Positions 49,604-62,364 of a stretch of 64,000 nt of DNA are shown piece by piece. The notes beneath the pieces were generated by a model. The model searched no databases and had not been told where the DNA came from. It worked only from the letters and a program-made list of their open reading frames with translations. The stretch is from Leucoraja ocellata (Eukaryota), in NCBI GenBank assembly GCA_036785375.1, contig JAWMAR010000276.1:372001-436000 (forward strand), in the 5' to 3' direction. Position 1 is the stretch's first letter. Every line of letters begins with the position of its first letter. The translations under genes and the position numbers were made by a program.

Positions 49604-52600
49604 TACAACACAGTTTCAGCATAGTGTTCATTCCCTTCCTATTTCTAAGTTTTACCCATATAGTCACTAGACAATCCTTCCCCCCCAAAAAACCCTCTCT
49701 GCACACTTATCAATGCAGCTTCCAGGAGAGATTATGAGCTCGTAATTAGAAACAATAACTTTTTACCGATTTTCCCTTTTTTATTTCAGTCAAGATTACC
49801 ACTGGGGGCACCGCAGGTAATATTGAAAATGAAATTGTCAACTTTGCAGACAGGACTTGAAACATGGAGCCCTCTGATCTAGATATTACAGTGATACTGG
49901 AATTCATTATATTATAAGCAATAAATTATAACCTACACATATATGCATAAATGTAATTGCTATATTTTTAAATCAGCCCATCCCTTAAAATGGTATGAGC
50001 CCACACAGAAAAAAGAGAAAAGCATTTAAATCTAGTTTTACGATTTCAATGGAATGTAAAAGCTATACGATTAGCTGCACTCCATTAAGTGCTTTAAGAT
50101 TAATGCAGTTGCCAGGCTATTATGCATGTCTGCTGAAAAAAATCGACAAAACTTAAGTCATTTGAAAATCTCATTCATTTTCTAGAAGTCTTTAAAGGTA
50201 TATTTGATTTAAAGAAGCCTCAAGACAATTTTATTTTCTTCACCATATCATTACTAATATAAAACATATTGTTATGCATTTCTTATAATCACTGTCCCGT
50301 TCTGCTCTTTGGTAAACAGTGAAATTATTTTGTCATTATGGCACGTGTACAAGCATAATATTGCATCCAGTCCTGTGCATGTGGGTTTGTGATCTGATGT
50401 TGCCCTATCGGGCAAAGGTAATACAGGGCGAGGTTTACTGAACGAGTTCAGAAAATCAAACATTCAGCAGAGCAGGCAAAGTCTGTGACAGGGCTTTTCC
50501 TCTGCGGGGTTTTATAAAAGCTCACAAGAATAATTTGAGAAATCTGTGTGTTGCTGCGGCTGTTGCAGCTTATTCACTTGCCACCATCTTGCAATGCTGA
50601 TGTTTTACATCAAATCATCTCCATCTTTTTCTGCCTTTCCTCTTGTAAGCAACAATTTGCCTTTAAATGTCAACCCCTCTCCACCAACCTCAACCCCCTC
50701 ATTATACCTCGTTAATTGAAATAGAAAACTGATGCCAGAATTATGGGTCCAATTTATTAAAATGTGAAAATGATGAATGTTCTTGAAGCACTGCAAAGTG
50801 AACGCATTTGATTTTGGTGCAGTTGCAGCACAGCAGTCCTCAAAGGATTAACTGCTTTCTTAACCTTGAGAAACACAGAAGCATTCTTGCAGTCTAAAAA
50901 TATCACACTGCCTTTCTTATTTGCAACAGGACACAACAGCATTAAAATCAACTGCAAATATTTTCTTTAAGATACGACTTCCCTCCACCACAAATCAACC
51001 AAGACTAAATTATAATCCAGCATTGTTATAGCATCTCTTGCTTTCAAAATTCCAAAGGAATTCATGTACAGCAAATTACTTTTAAGTGTAGTTAATAAGT
51101 TTACAGACATACATGGGAATCATTTTATATAGGTCATCGTAAACAATAATGCGAGGGTCTGGCTATGACTTAATTGATTGAGCGAAGAGCTTGTATAGAA
51201 TGTTTCAAGGCCTTTCTTGTTGATTCCTCAATCAAATCTGTTATAACATCTGGTTCTGAATGCGTCAGTGAAGATTGGCACTCCCAATAATATAGCATAC
51301 CTTCAGGACTGCATTAAACTCTCAGCTAAATTATGCTACTCATCAGTTTCTCTTACTCAGAGACAATATTGCTATTAAGACAAGCAGTCACGTGACAAAT
51401 AATGCAAGTTTCATTCTTTGTAATGTAGTGATATGTACACTGGAAACATAATGGACATTGGAAAATTTTGTGAAATCCAAGTAGAACATGTGGAGAATGC
51501 AGTCAGTCCTTCTTGTAGTTTTAAGGTATATAAAATTGTGGCTACCAAAGGGCCACTCGTCTGTTCTTGAGGTGCAGGCATGAACAGATCAAAATGGAAG
51601 AGGGCTACCATTTTGGCTGCATTTGATACGTGATTAAGTGTGCATTTGTTAAAGATAACAGGTCCGCATGCCATCCAATTAAATAAAGTAAGAATAAATT
51701 TGCCATCGTCACGATTGAATCCAATCACAATTCTACTATCTACCTAGAACTTGCTTAAAATATATAAATGCGAAGATGTGCACATCAAATGTTTCAATGA
51801 GTCGTTCATTAAGTACACGACCCTTGAGATGTGCCAGGATAGGAAAAGGGCTGACTAAGAACAAAAACATAATCCTAAAAGAGTATATTGTTTCTACATC
51901 AATTGCAAGGCATAGACCAAGGAAAGAGGAATAAAAAATGACACTGCAATACAGACCTCCATTACGCAGCTTGTGTGTTTATCACAATTAAATCTATGCC
52001 TGTCCTTAGCCAGAATCAGACAGTAACCTTGATGCCAAGAAGCACCTTTGCTGCAGCCGTGCTCTGCCCCACCCACTATAGCAAAAAAGCATGATATCTC
52101 ATTTATACCACATACTGCAGATTCAATGGTCATTAACCATTGACTTCCAAACATTCAATTTACAAATTTTCTTTGGGTGCATGTCTCGATTTATGAAGCT
52201 ATTGAACGCTGCCATAAGGAATGCACCAATTCCCATCCATATTGACATTGTGCATCCTCCCACGCCATTTTATCTTCATGACAATCACGGTGCTCTGCTT
52301 GCTGTGGTGATTTATCACAACTTATTTTGTGCATTATTCACATTGGATTCAAAAATGTTGGCAGTTTCGATGACTGCACCTCCTCTAACAAATTGCAGAA
52401 AACTATAACCATTAATATTAAAGTTAAAATATAATTAATATAAGTGGAAACAGTGAGTAATTGGTAGACAATTAGCCATGTTATGTCTTGAGCATCAAAA
52501 GTACAAATAAGCTGACAAAATAAAGCTCAGTGACTGAAGAGTTATTCCTGCAAGTGTTACAATGGGCAGATGTGTTTCAATTACGAAAATTGGAAAAAAA

Positions 52601-53406
52601 AAGGTCAAGTTGTGATTAGAAGAACATCAAATGTGATGATAATCCAGGAGAAAGCAAATCTAGAAAGAATGGGAATAGAGTGATGAAAGTGCCAACATAT
52701 GTTCAAATCTTGTTTGAACGTTTCAAAATAAGTGCATAATATGTGTCTTGTGGAAAGTTTAGATAATGTATAGGTGCAGAACGGAACTAAAATGAATCAA
52801 CGAGAAATGTGGCTTCTCTCCGAAATGGGTGTTGAATGTAAATCAGACATGGCTCCTTTGGAATGATCATCTTAAGGGGCGAGAAAATTGCTCCAGGTTT
52901 TAAGGGAAACAAAGATCACTTTAGTCTTCTCATATATCTACAATGATACAGGAGAACATGTGATCCATCCAATTCATGACAGCTCCCTGAAGCACAATCC
53001 TAATAACCACATTCTCTCTTTCCTTATTTTCCTCTTTCCCTGCAACTCATTCTATCTCACACATGCCCATTAATTTTCCTTTGATTTGTTTTGTAACTAA
53101 ACTACACCAAGGGGCAATGTATAGCAACCAGTGAAGCTAGGCGCAAATCTTTAGGATTGGACAAGGAAACACTTAGGGGAAGCCCAAGTGATCACACAAG
53201 AACGAGCAAACTTCTAGCGGCCAGTGGGTTGTAATATTAATTGTTGCATCACCAACCACTCCTAGGAGGCGATGCTGAAAGTTAAACTCCTCTGAAGTCT
53301 ACCATTTGCAGAGCTCTAATGGCCCCATGCAATCCTTCCAAGATTTCTCCCCCTTTATCAAACACTCTTGCGCAGGGAATAATCTGGATAACCATGATTT
53401 TGGGCA

Positions 53407-54137
53407 CAATACAATACAATACAATACAATAACGCTTTATTAGCCAAGAATGTTTTGTAACAAATGAGGAATTTCATTTGCCAAGGCAGTCATACAAATA
53501 AAACGCAACAGAACACACAACATTTATTTTAACATAAACATCCAACACAGTGACTCCTCCACATTCCTCACTATGATGGAAGGCGAAAAAAAAGTTCACT
53601 CTCTTCCCTTCTTTGTCCTCGAGCCTTGGGCCTCCCGTTGCCAGGACGATCTTACTCCCGTAGCCGGCGTGGGCCTTCCTTGTTGGACCGATCAAGCTCT
53701 GCATCGGGGGGAATCTCAGCTCCCCCGCGCCGGCGATCTGACCTCGGATCGGGGCTAGTAGAACGTCGTGCGGCATCCAGAGCTTCTCGACTCGGTCTCT
53801 CCCGAGACTGCGAGCCCTTAATATTAAAGTCCGCAGGCTGTGGTTGGAGCGTCGATCCCAGGCTAGGGATCAACTTCGATGGTAAGTCCACGCCCCGCAG
53901 TGGGGCTCAAAGTCAGTCCCGAGATGTGATGTTAGGCCGCAGAGCTACCGGAGATACGATCCGGAAAACAATCGCATCTCCAGCAAGGTAACAGATTGAC
54001 AAATAGTATCCCCCGCCCCGCCCCCCACGTAAAGCAAAACAAAGAACATTTACACAAAGTTTTAAAACACAGTAAAAATAACAAAAAAAAGATGAAAAAA
54101 CAGACTGTTGACGAGGCTGCCATCGTACGGCGCCCTT
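53407..54137 (-). mobile_element. GC-rich non-autonomous retroelement (family copy D)
   Basis: Minus strand: GGCGCCGTACGATGGCAGCC head, GCGGCCTAACATC, GGACTTACCATC, CTTCCATCATAGTGAGGAATG, GGCTAATAAA plus (ATTGT)n tail. Confidence 0.75.
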
Positions 54138-54462
54138 GGTGGTTTCAGCATTCACTTCTATTTCTCTGTTAATATGTCATTTCTACATTCAAGGCTTACA
54201 ACCCATGGCATCTAATGAGATGTAACCACCACTGGCAGAAATTTGGAAGAGGTCAAATGTCACTGACAGCATCAGTACCCCTTGCAATGATGTAATGATG
54301 CAACTGTGAATCATGAATAGAGAAAATTATAGCTAGATTATGCAAGATTTCCGGTGAATTTGCAAAATCACCAAAAGACATTAAGTTGACAAGTGGGGCT
54401 GGATTTGAAGTTGAAGAGTTATTGAAATTTCATGTGAAAGAAGGATTGGGGGTTTAGTTTTG

Positions 54463-54772
54463 AGCATGGGTGGACATCGCTTTTAAAACATGGGGGAGGA
54501 CACCCAATGAGGCCTGACATCTAGGACAGGGGTCGGTAACCGAACTAAACCGGCCCGCAGGTGTATGTTTTTTCAATTTGTTTTCGCAACTTGGGAACTG
54601 CACCCAGACCTGGGGCACGCAGGCGATCTGGGCACGACAGCCAGACCTGGGCAAGCGAGCCGACCTGGGACTGGCTGTAGAGCCCAGGTCACAAAACATG
54701 GGGGGATTGTCTCCCACCTCTCAAAACATGTGAGAGGTGGGGGACAATCTCCCCAGGATTTCCGTCCATGCT
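54463..54772. mobile_element. Putative non-autonomous DNA transposon (MITE) with subterminal hairpin
   Basis: Imperfect TIRs AGCATGGGTGGACATC and GATTTCCGTCCATGCT, internal GACCTGGG repeats, 24-bp-arm hairpin at 54700-54754. Confidence 0.55.
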
Positions 54773-56018
54773 TGTGTAACGGAAGTCACATGAAATAAGG
54801 AGATTTATATAATTGTACCACCATCCAAGCAGCTCAATACGAAAAGTCTTTCAGAGATGTCTTTCTACATCATGCAAATGAAAGCCTTGTTCAAGTCCAA
54901 TCTGAGGCACTGTCTTAACTATGACCATGTGACAGAAAATGGTGTGCTTTACCCCAAGGAATGTTACCCAAGAGAGAACTATTCAGATTTTCACTGATAC
55001 CATATTTAAGCCCTATTCATCAACCAGCTAGCGGAAGCCAAGGGGAGTTGTTGTTTCCTTCTTGATTTACAAATGTTTACATAACAAAACTTATTCCAGA
55101 ATACAATCCTTTATTCCGTAAAACACACTGACATTATTCAAAATATCCCTTCCTTCCCCTCATACTATGCATTAATTTCCTGCATCAGCCCTGAAATTGC
55201 TTTCACGACACCAACAAATAAAATCATGATTCTGGTTAAGGTGATAACCAAGCACAACCCAGCATTGGGTTTCTGCCCCTCAGCTGACGCAACCCATGTT
55301 AATGTCAAGCTCAAAGAAGTGTGACAGTGTTCACTTCTATTACAACCGATTTCTTCAATTTCCCCAGTGGTTCTTAACTATTAGTGAACTGCTGAACTCA
55401 TGAGCCCCTGGGGCAAATCTGAATTATTGCTGGTCTAGCTGGTCTCAGCCAATTGTTACTAATGGGCAGTTGCATTGAAAGGTAAATCGTATCTTTGAGT
55501 TCATGCAGAGGTGGAAAGGTTTCTAATTAGCCAGAAAAAGAAGAACATGTTCAATTTTGTAGTTCCATTCTCAATATCCATGTTCTCCAAAGATGTTGCT
55601 TGACCCATTACCCCAGTACTTTTATAGAATGCGGAAGGCATCAGCCTGGCATCAGAGCAGTCATCACCGGTGTTCAATTGCACTTTGCTGACCTTTCACC
55701 TTTTAAACAAAGCATTTTAAATAAGCCCTCTTTAAAATATGAGTAGCTCAATTAAATGAACCAGAATAATTACAAAAACATTGATTTCCATAAACAGCAA
55801 ATCAGATTAATGCGTGGTAATGCAATCAAAACATGGTTTCATATCTAGAGGAACAAAATTGGAAACAATTAAACCCAAAATTCCAGAAAAATAAAAATTG
55901 CATTTAAAGAAAAGGCAAGCAGAACACATTTCAATAAAACCTGACTTTATTTTACTTTACCCCTTTTTGAAAACATGAGGGATGGACGAGTTAAATCTCC
56001 AGAAAAATTCTAGAGATT

Positions 56019-56922
56019 ATAATAATAATAATAATAATGCATTTTATTTGCTGGCGCTTTTCTGGACACCCAAGGACACCTTACGGAACATAAAATCACA
56101 ATACCTTTATCAATATTACAATCAAGTTGATTAAAAACAAAAACAAAAAAAACAAAAAAAATACACAAAACATTTTAAGTCATTAAAATCAGGGTGAAGA
56201 TGGTGGAAGTTATGTCGGGTAGGCTAATCTAAACAGGTGTGTTTTGAGTTGTGATTTGAATTGATCGATAGTGTCCAGGTGACGGATGGGAGGTGGGAGA
56301 GTGTTCCAGAGACGTGGGGCAGAGCAGCTGAAGGCTCTGGCACCCATGGTGCTGAGTTTAAATGTGGGGACAGTTAAAATTGCAGCTGAGGAGGAACAAA
56401 GTGCGGGAAGGAGTGTATGGTAGCAGCAGGTCAGAGAGGTATTGGGGAGCAAGGTGGTGTAGGGCTTTGAACGTCAGCAGTAAAATCTTGTAGTTAATCC
56501 GGTGGTGCACAGGGAGCCAGTGGAGCTGAGTGAGGAAGGGTGTGATGTGGTCCGATGATCTGGTGCGGGTGATGATCCGGGCTGCAGAGTTCTGAATGCA
56601 TTGGAGGCGATGAAGAAGTTTAATGGAGGTGCAGTAATCGATGCGGGATGTGACCAGAGCGTGGATGAGGACTTTTGTATTGTCTTTGGAGAGGGAGGGG
56701 CGGAGTCTGGAGATGTTGCGGAGATGAAAGTATGCAGAGCGTGTGATATTGCTGATGTGGGGGCCAAAGGAAAGTGTACTGTCCAGAATGACGTCGAGAC
56801 TTTTGACATGGGAGGAGGTGGGTATGGGTGAGCCATCAACTGAAATGGTGTACGGGTGGGTTTTGGAGAGTGTGGACTTTGAGCCAATTAGCATGATTTC
56901 TGTTTTATTTCCATTGAGTTTA
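56019..56922 (-). mobile_element. L2-clade LINE 3' fragment
   Basis: KLNGNKTEIMLIG, ILDSTLSF, AYFHLRNISRLRP, ALVTSRIDYC, LHWLPV...YKILLLTFKAL, GARAFSCSAPRLWNTLP. (TTA)n tail. Confidence 0.92.
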
Positions 56923-57034
56923 TAAGAATTATAAGAAACAACTGTAACAAACAAAAAACGGTATGAGCCAAATCAGTGTCAATCAACATGAGTGTGCTAG
57001 GACAATTCAAGACTTTGATAATGTCCCTGAGTAT

Positions 57035-57170
57035 TTAAGTTCAAGTTCATGTGAGTTTATTGTCATGTGTCCCTGTATAGGACAATGAAAGTCTTGCTTT
57101 GCTTCAGCACACAGAACATAGTAGGCATTTACTACAAAACAGATCAATGTGTCCATATACTGTAATATAA
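57035..57170 (-). mobile_element. Rex1-like 3' tail fragment
   Basis: Minus strand TTTCATTGTCCTATACAGGGACACATGACAATAAA followed by (TGAACT)-type repeats. Confidence 0.55.
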
Positions 57171-57304
57171 ATGAAATGAAATTAATTTCATTCAAATGAA
57201 ATACACAAAATATTGCCTATTTTAATCTCAAAAAGAACCTAATGAATAGACAGAGTTGGGAAGAATTTAAATTAGCCAAAAAATGAAGAACAAGTACTAC
57301 AACG

Positions 57305-57405
57305 AGTCTGAACTAGGGTCCCGATCTGAAACGTTGCCAATCTATTCCCCCCACAGATGCTGCCTGACCCACTGAATTTCTCCAGCATTTTGTGTGTTCT
57401 GCTCA
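57305..57405 (+). mobile_element. Degenerate Penelope pLTR
   Basis: GTCTGAACTAGGGTCCCGATCTGAAACGTTGCC...CTCCAGCATTTTGTGT. Confidence 0.7.
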
Positions 57406-58417
57406 AGAAAAAAACATCATAGTAGATTCCAGGATAGCATGCTGGCCCACAGGCATGGAGCTAAAAGACATCAAATGTCTTATGAGAATCTTGAAAATAA
57501 AGCCCCATAGTACTTTCATAAAAGTATTGGAAGGATAGGCAATATGGTAGAAGCATACAAAGCAAAGATATGGAGCGAAGAATTGAATTTAAATCAGATT
57601 AGAAAGACGGTGCTTAGAATTGTCGAGGGATCTTTGTTCACATCAGTATAGAGACAAGTAAAATCTTCTAGGATATGACTGAACAAAAATCCTGATCTCT
57701 ATATAAAGGTTTATTATAAAAATGGGCAGCCTCGATGCCAAATTAAATAAAAATAGAGAGAGACGGTAAAACAGAGCAAAACTGTACTGCTGCTGATCGC
57801 TGACATGGAGCTGCTATCAGTACAGGCATAATCCTTCCACAGTAATTCTACAAACTGCAGGACTGCTGCGAATATGGATATACTCAGTGATGGACAGATA
57901 TTAATTTGACTGCTGATGACTCCTTTTGCGCAGAACATCTGAGTCACCATCATGGCCCTTGCTGTAATCATCCTATTGCTAGGTTTTTCCCATGTGGCTG
58001 GTGCTTTGAAAGAGAGACACTCATCTGACGTGTTACATCAGCAATTGTGTCTGAAAGTCAGGCTCTTTATTTTTAGGTTTTATTGAAATGTTATTTTAGT
58101 TTTTCTTGGTTACAAACGTTGGAAAGAGCACAATTTTGCTGTATGTTTGAAAAAGTTTGTTTCGTGTGGGGTCTTCCAGGACTATAATCATATAGCTTAT
58201 AGCCAATAAGGTTGTCATTGTTGTAATTTTGGAATCATGGCAGTCAATTTGCATTCATACAGCTCCCAGCAATTGCTGCCAAAGAAATCTCACTTACGTC
58301 TGTTTGCACAGCTGTTTGGGAGACTGGATTGCAAGGAAATAATGACAAAAGTGGCATTTTTGGTTAAAACTTAATGCAGGGAAGGCCAATGCCAACATGG
58401 ATTACTTGGGCCAAATT

Positions 58418-58588
58418 ATGGAGGAAGGAACTGCAGATGCTGGTTTAAACCGAGGATAGACACAAAGTGCTGGAGTAACTCATTTCATGCTGAGACTCTT
58501 CTCCAGTCTGAAGAAGGGTCTCGACCCGAACGTCACCCGTTCCTGCTCTCCAGAGATGCTGCCTGTCCTGCTGAGTTACTCCAGCATT
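58418..58588. mobile_element. Fold-back Penelope pLTR-only insertion
   Basis: Antisense arm plus sense arm with CTGAAGAAGGGTCTCGACCCGAA-CGTC. TSD TTGG(G/A)CCAAATT at 58406-58417 and 58589-58600. Confidence 0.85.
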
Positions 58589-58756
58589 TTGGACCAAATT
58601 GTTTGCTTCTCAAATGTGAATAACCTATCGACGCCTTGATACAGCAACCCTTCAATGTTGTACCTCTATCAGGCTGAAATACTCAAATAGCATAAACCCT
58701 GAACATGTTGCTATCACTAAGGGAAGACCATATAATTAAAAGAACTGCTTCATTTT

Positions 58757-59440
58757 AGAGGCACATTGGTGCTACAGCTTGTAGAGGTGCTACCTCACAA
58801 TTCCAGTGATCCGCGCAGGAGCGGCACGGTGGTGCAGTGGAACAGTTGCTGCCTTACAGCGCTTGCAGCGCTGGAGATCCGGGTTCAATCCCGACTACGG
58901 GTGCTGTCAGTATGGTGCTTGTACGTTCTCCCCGTGACCGCGTGGGTTTTCTCCAAGATATTCGGTTTCCTCCTGCACTCCAGACGTACAGATTTATAGG
59001 TTACTTAGCTTGGGTTTGTATGCTTGGTATAAGTGTACATTGTCCCCAGTACGTGTAGGCTTGTGTTAATGTGCGGGGATCGCTGGTCGGTGCAGGCTCG
59101 GTGGGCCGAAGGGCCTGTATCCGCGCTGTATCTCTAAACTAAACTAAACTGGTCCAAAGTCAATCCTGACCTCCAATGCTCTCTGTGTGGACTTTGCCCA
59201 TTTCCCCATCATAATGTGGTTGCCTCCAGGTGTTCAGGTTTCTTCTCACATCTCACATATATGCAAGTTGGTAGGTTACTTGGCCACCTGTGTGGAGGTG
59301 AGTGGTAGAATCTAGGGGAAGTTGTTGGGAATGAGAGAATAAAGTAGGATGAGTGTAATTAGTGTAGTGTAGGATTAGGGTGTTTGATGGTCAGTGTGCA
59401 CTTGGTTAGCTGGAGGGCCGGTTTCCATGCTGAAACGACT
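58757..59440 (+). mobile_element. Older V-SINE split by a younger SINE
   Basis: Head at 58757-58816, resuming at ~59151 with CAATCCTGACCTCCAATGCT..TGTGTGGACTTTGC. Tail GGGCCGGTTTCCATGCTG. Confidence 0.7.
58817..59150 (+). mobile_element. Young V-SINE (HE1-like)
   Basis: GGCACGGTGGTGCAGTGG A box, GGTTCAATCCC B box, V core, GGGCCGAAGGGCCTG tail, (CTAAA)n. Confidence 0.92.
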
Positions 59441-60816
59441 TTACGATAAGCCATTTGCAAGATTGTACATCAGTTTACATTTAATAAGAGGCAGAGTCAA
59501 AATCAAAACTCGCCAAAGTCAACAAAATATATTCCACTCAGAATCACATGATGGTTACAGCACTGAAGGACCCATTCATCCCACTGAAGCTCCACTAGGT
59601 GTAATCCAGCTAATTCTATTCCTTCTTTTGCCCACAGCCCAGCAAATTACTTCCTTTCAAATATCTATCCAGACTCTCTCGCAATACTTCAATTTACTCT
59701 TCTCCATCCCTAATAGTGAATATCACACTCCAACCATGATGTAAAAAAAAATACTTTTGGTTCTTTTGCCAATCACCTTAATTGTTTGCCCCCAAGTTCT
59801 TGACTTCTCTAACAACAGGAATCATTTCTATCTATCACCCATACTTTTTTATTATTTCATACACCCATTTCACATATGTAATTTAATAAAACGCCATCCC
59901 TTAAAATTGGATTCCACTTTACTTTTTATTCAATCACAAATGCAAAGGATGGAGAACAGAAGGCTGCACAAGGTAAACCTGTAAACAGTGTATTAATTTC
60001 AGCACAATTAGAAAGATAACATTTTCAAAATTCATGAGCTCCATAATTGTGCCGTCAAAACGTTTGCCTGAACTCTTTCATTCGGGAGCATCACCAATAA
60101 GATTGCAATTTTCAGTCATGATCCAAGTGCAACAGTGCATGAGGCAGCACATCCTCATAAGGGAAGTCATGCTTGTGACTGTATCAATTCTACTAAGCTG
60201 TGAACAACTAGCAGCAAGAGATCTGGCAAATAAAGGGAAAGTTGCCGGGAGATGTCAAGAAATATGGTTCTAAGTTCACCGACCTGGATCTAGAGATCCT
60301 ATCTGAAGAGATATACTTCCACAAGAGAGTTCTTTTCATCTGGGAGGAGAGGTCTGCATGCTACATTGACGATCTGCATGGGCCCTATGGAAACTAAAAT
60401 GTTCATGTCTGTTTGTATTTGCTGACCCCCTTAGACCTGTACGCATAAATACATGAGTGGTGCAAAAAACATGCCCCTGAGAATTTGGTGGCTGCTTGCT
60501 GCATGATGAGCGTATGACCAAAGGCACAGGCTATGTCAACAAGAATGTTATCGCCCCTCTTTCTCTTCCTCCTCCTTCACAGGTTCCCATGTTTCCTCTG
60601 AGGAAAAGATATTGGTTTCCTGACGGCTGGGCGTTGTAAGGCCAGATGACAATAATAAAGTACACACTGTTTGGGGATAACGGGATGAAAATTAATCATT
60701 TAATTAACCTTGAATATCTGGCTTTGGCTAGGAAGACGTTTTTCTCATAATCGAACGTTATGGAAGGAGAATCCTGTGACGTCCCATATTTCAGTGAAGA
60801 GGCTACTACTTGTACC

Positions 60817-60841
60817 AATACAATACAATACAATACAATAC
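60817..60841. repeat. (CAATA)n microsatellite
   Basis: Five CAATA units. Confidence 0.85.
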
Positions 60842-61534
60842 TAGCTCTGTATCACACTCTACAATGAAGAAACACCCGCATCTTTGTGTTTTGATGTCCT
60901 GGTTACCATGACAAGCAACAAACTAAGATGTCCTGTAGATCAGCCATGACTATGTGGAACGACCTAGTAACTAGCAATTTAGGTTCACTGGCAACCTCAA
61001 ACAGCAATGCAGTCCATAAATGCGCAAACAACTAAAGGTCTGTTTCCCCAGAAGTTGCACATCTGTGACAGCTGATATTATAAATCTTAGCTTCGAGGCA
61101 CATTTCTCCTGGGAAAGGTCACGGCAGGAGCATGGATGAAGACATCAAGGCACAGATGTCTAATCTCTTGGGGTTCCCAACTTGGTTCAAGTGCCTGAGA
61201 TCCTGGTCCTACAGCTCATTGTCATCCAACAGAATCAATGAAACCACCATGCTAACACACAGAGTGTGATGTTTCAAATGTTGAAATAGGAATAGGGGGT
61301 CAGTGAAAGTCTATGTGCTTTCAGATACTTACAGACATCCTCCACAGTCTTTTATAGCAGATATCAAAACTTGGAACCAAAAGTAAGAATGTCCCATTAA
61401 CTGATAATGTCACTGATCATGCCCTTCAATGAAAGCATGATTCTGCTGATGTACGATAACAGCTATTATTCTTCTGACACTTCTCAGAGAAATATATTTT
61501 TGAAACATTTGAATGAGTAATGCAAAATTGATGG

Positions 61535-61681
61535 AGGATAGGTATATGGATAGGAAAGGTTCAAAGGGATATAGGCTAAACACAGTCAAATGGGACTATG
61601 TGAATTGTAAATGGAGCATCTTGGTCGACATAGATGAGATGGGCCAAAGGGTCTGTTTTCATGTTGGATGACTATGACTGA
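61535..61681 (+). mobile_element. CR1 3' terminal fragment
   Basis: GGATAGGTATATGGATAGGAAAGG...GGGCCAAAGGGTCTGTTTTCATG plus (ATGACT)n. Confidence 0.8.
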
Positions 61682-61731
61682 TTGCAGAAATGTGTCGTAA
61701 CATTGAAAACACTCCTGCACAAATATATAAA

Positions 61732-61764
61732 GTCTGAAGAAGGTTCTCGACCCGAAACGTCACC
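61732..61764 (+). ncRNA. Minimal hammerhead ribozyme motif with intact core and GUC site
   Basis: GU-CUGAAGA-A-GGUU-CUCG-ACCC-GAAAC-GUC-AC, one stem II mismatch. Confidence 0.6.
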
Positions 61765-62364
61765 ATTCCTTCTCTCCAGAGATGCTGCCCGACCCGCTGA
61801 GTTACTCCGCAGGAGACGCAACACAGTCTTTCGAAGAGAAGCAGAGGTTCACTTGCATCTCCTCCAACCTCATCTACTGCATCCGCTGTTCCAGGTGTCA
61901 ACTTCTCTACATCGGCGAGACCAAGCGCAGGATCGGTGATCGTTTAGCTGAACACCACTCAGTCCGTCTTAACCAAGCTGATCTCCCGGTGGCCCAGCAC
62001 TTCAACTTCCTCTACCATTCCCAATCTGACCTTTCTGTCCTGGGCCTCCTCCATTGTCAGAGTGAAGCACCAGCCCAAATTGGAGGAACAGCACCTCATA
62101 TTTCGCTTGGGTAGTTTACACCCCAGCTGTATGAACATCGACTTCTCTAACTTCAGGTAGCCCTTGCTCTCTCTCTTCATTCCCTCCCCCCTTCCCAGTT
62201 CTCCCACTAGTCCCACTGTCTCCGCCTACACTCTTACTTTGTCCTACCCCTTCCTCTGACATCAGTCTGAAGAAGGGTCTCGACCCAAAACATCACCAAT
62301 TCAATTTCTCCAGCATTTTGTGTCTACCTTCGACTGTACCAGCATCTGCAGTTCTTCCCTACAC
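61734..62364 (+). mobile_element. Penelope-like element: pLTR piece, GIY-YIG endonuclease end and pLTR
   Basis: RFTCISSNLIYCIRCSRCQLLYIGETKRRIGDRLAEH...PVAQHFN (GIY-YIG). Tandem pLTRs each with a hammerhead motif. 11-bp TSD ATATATAAAGT at 61723-61733 and 62365-62375. Confidence 0.92.
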
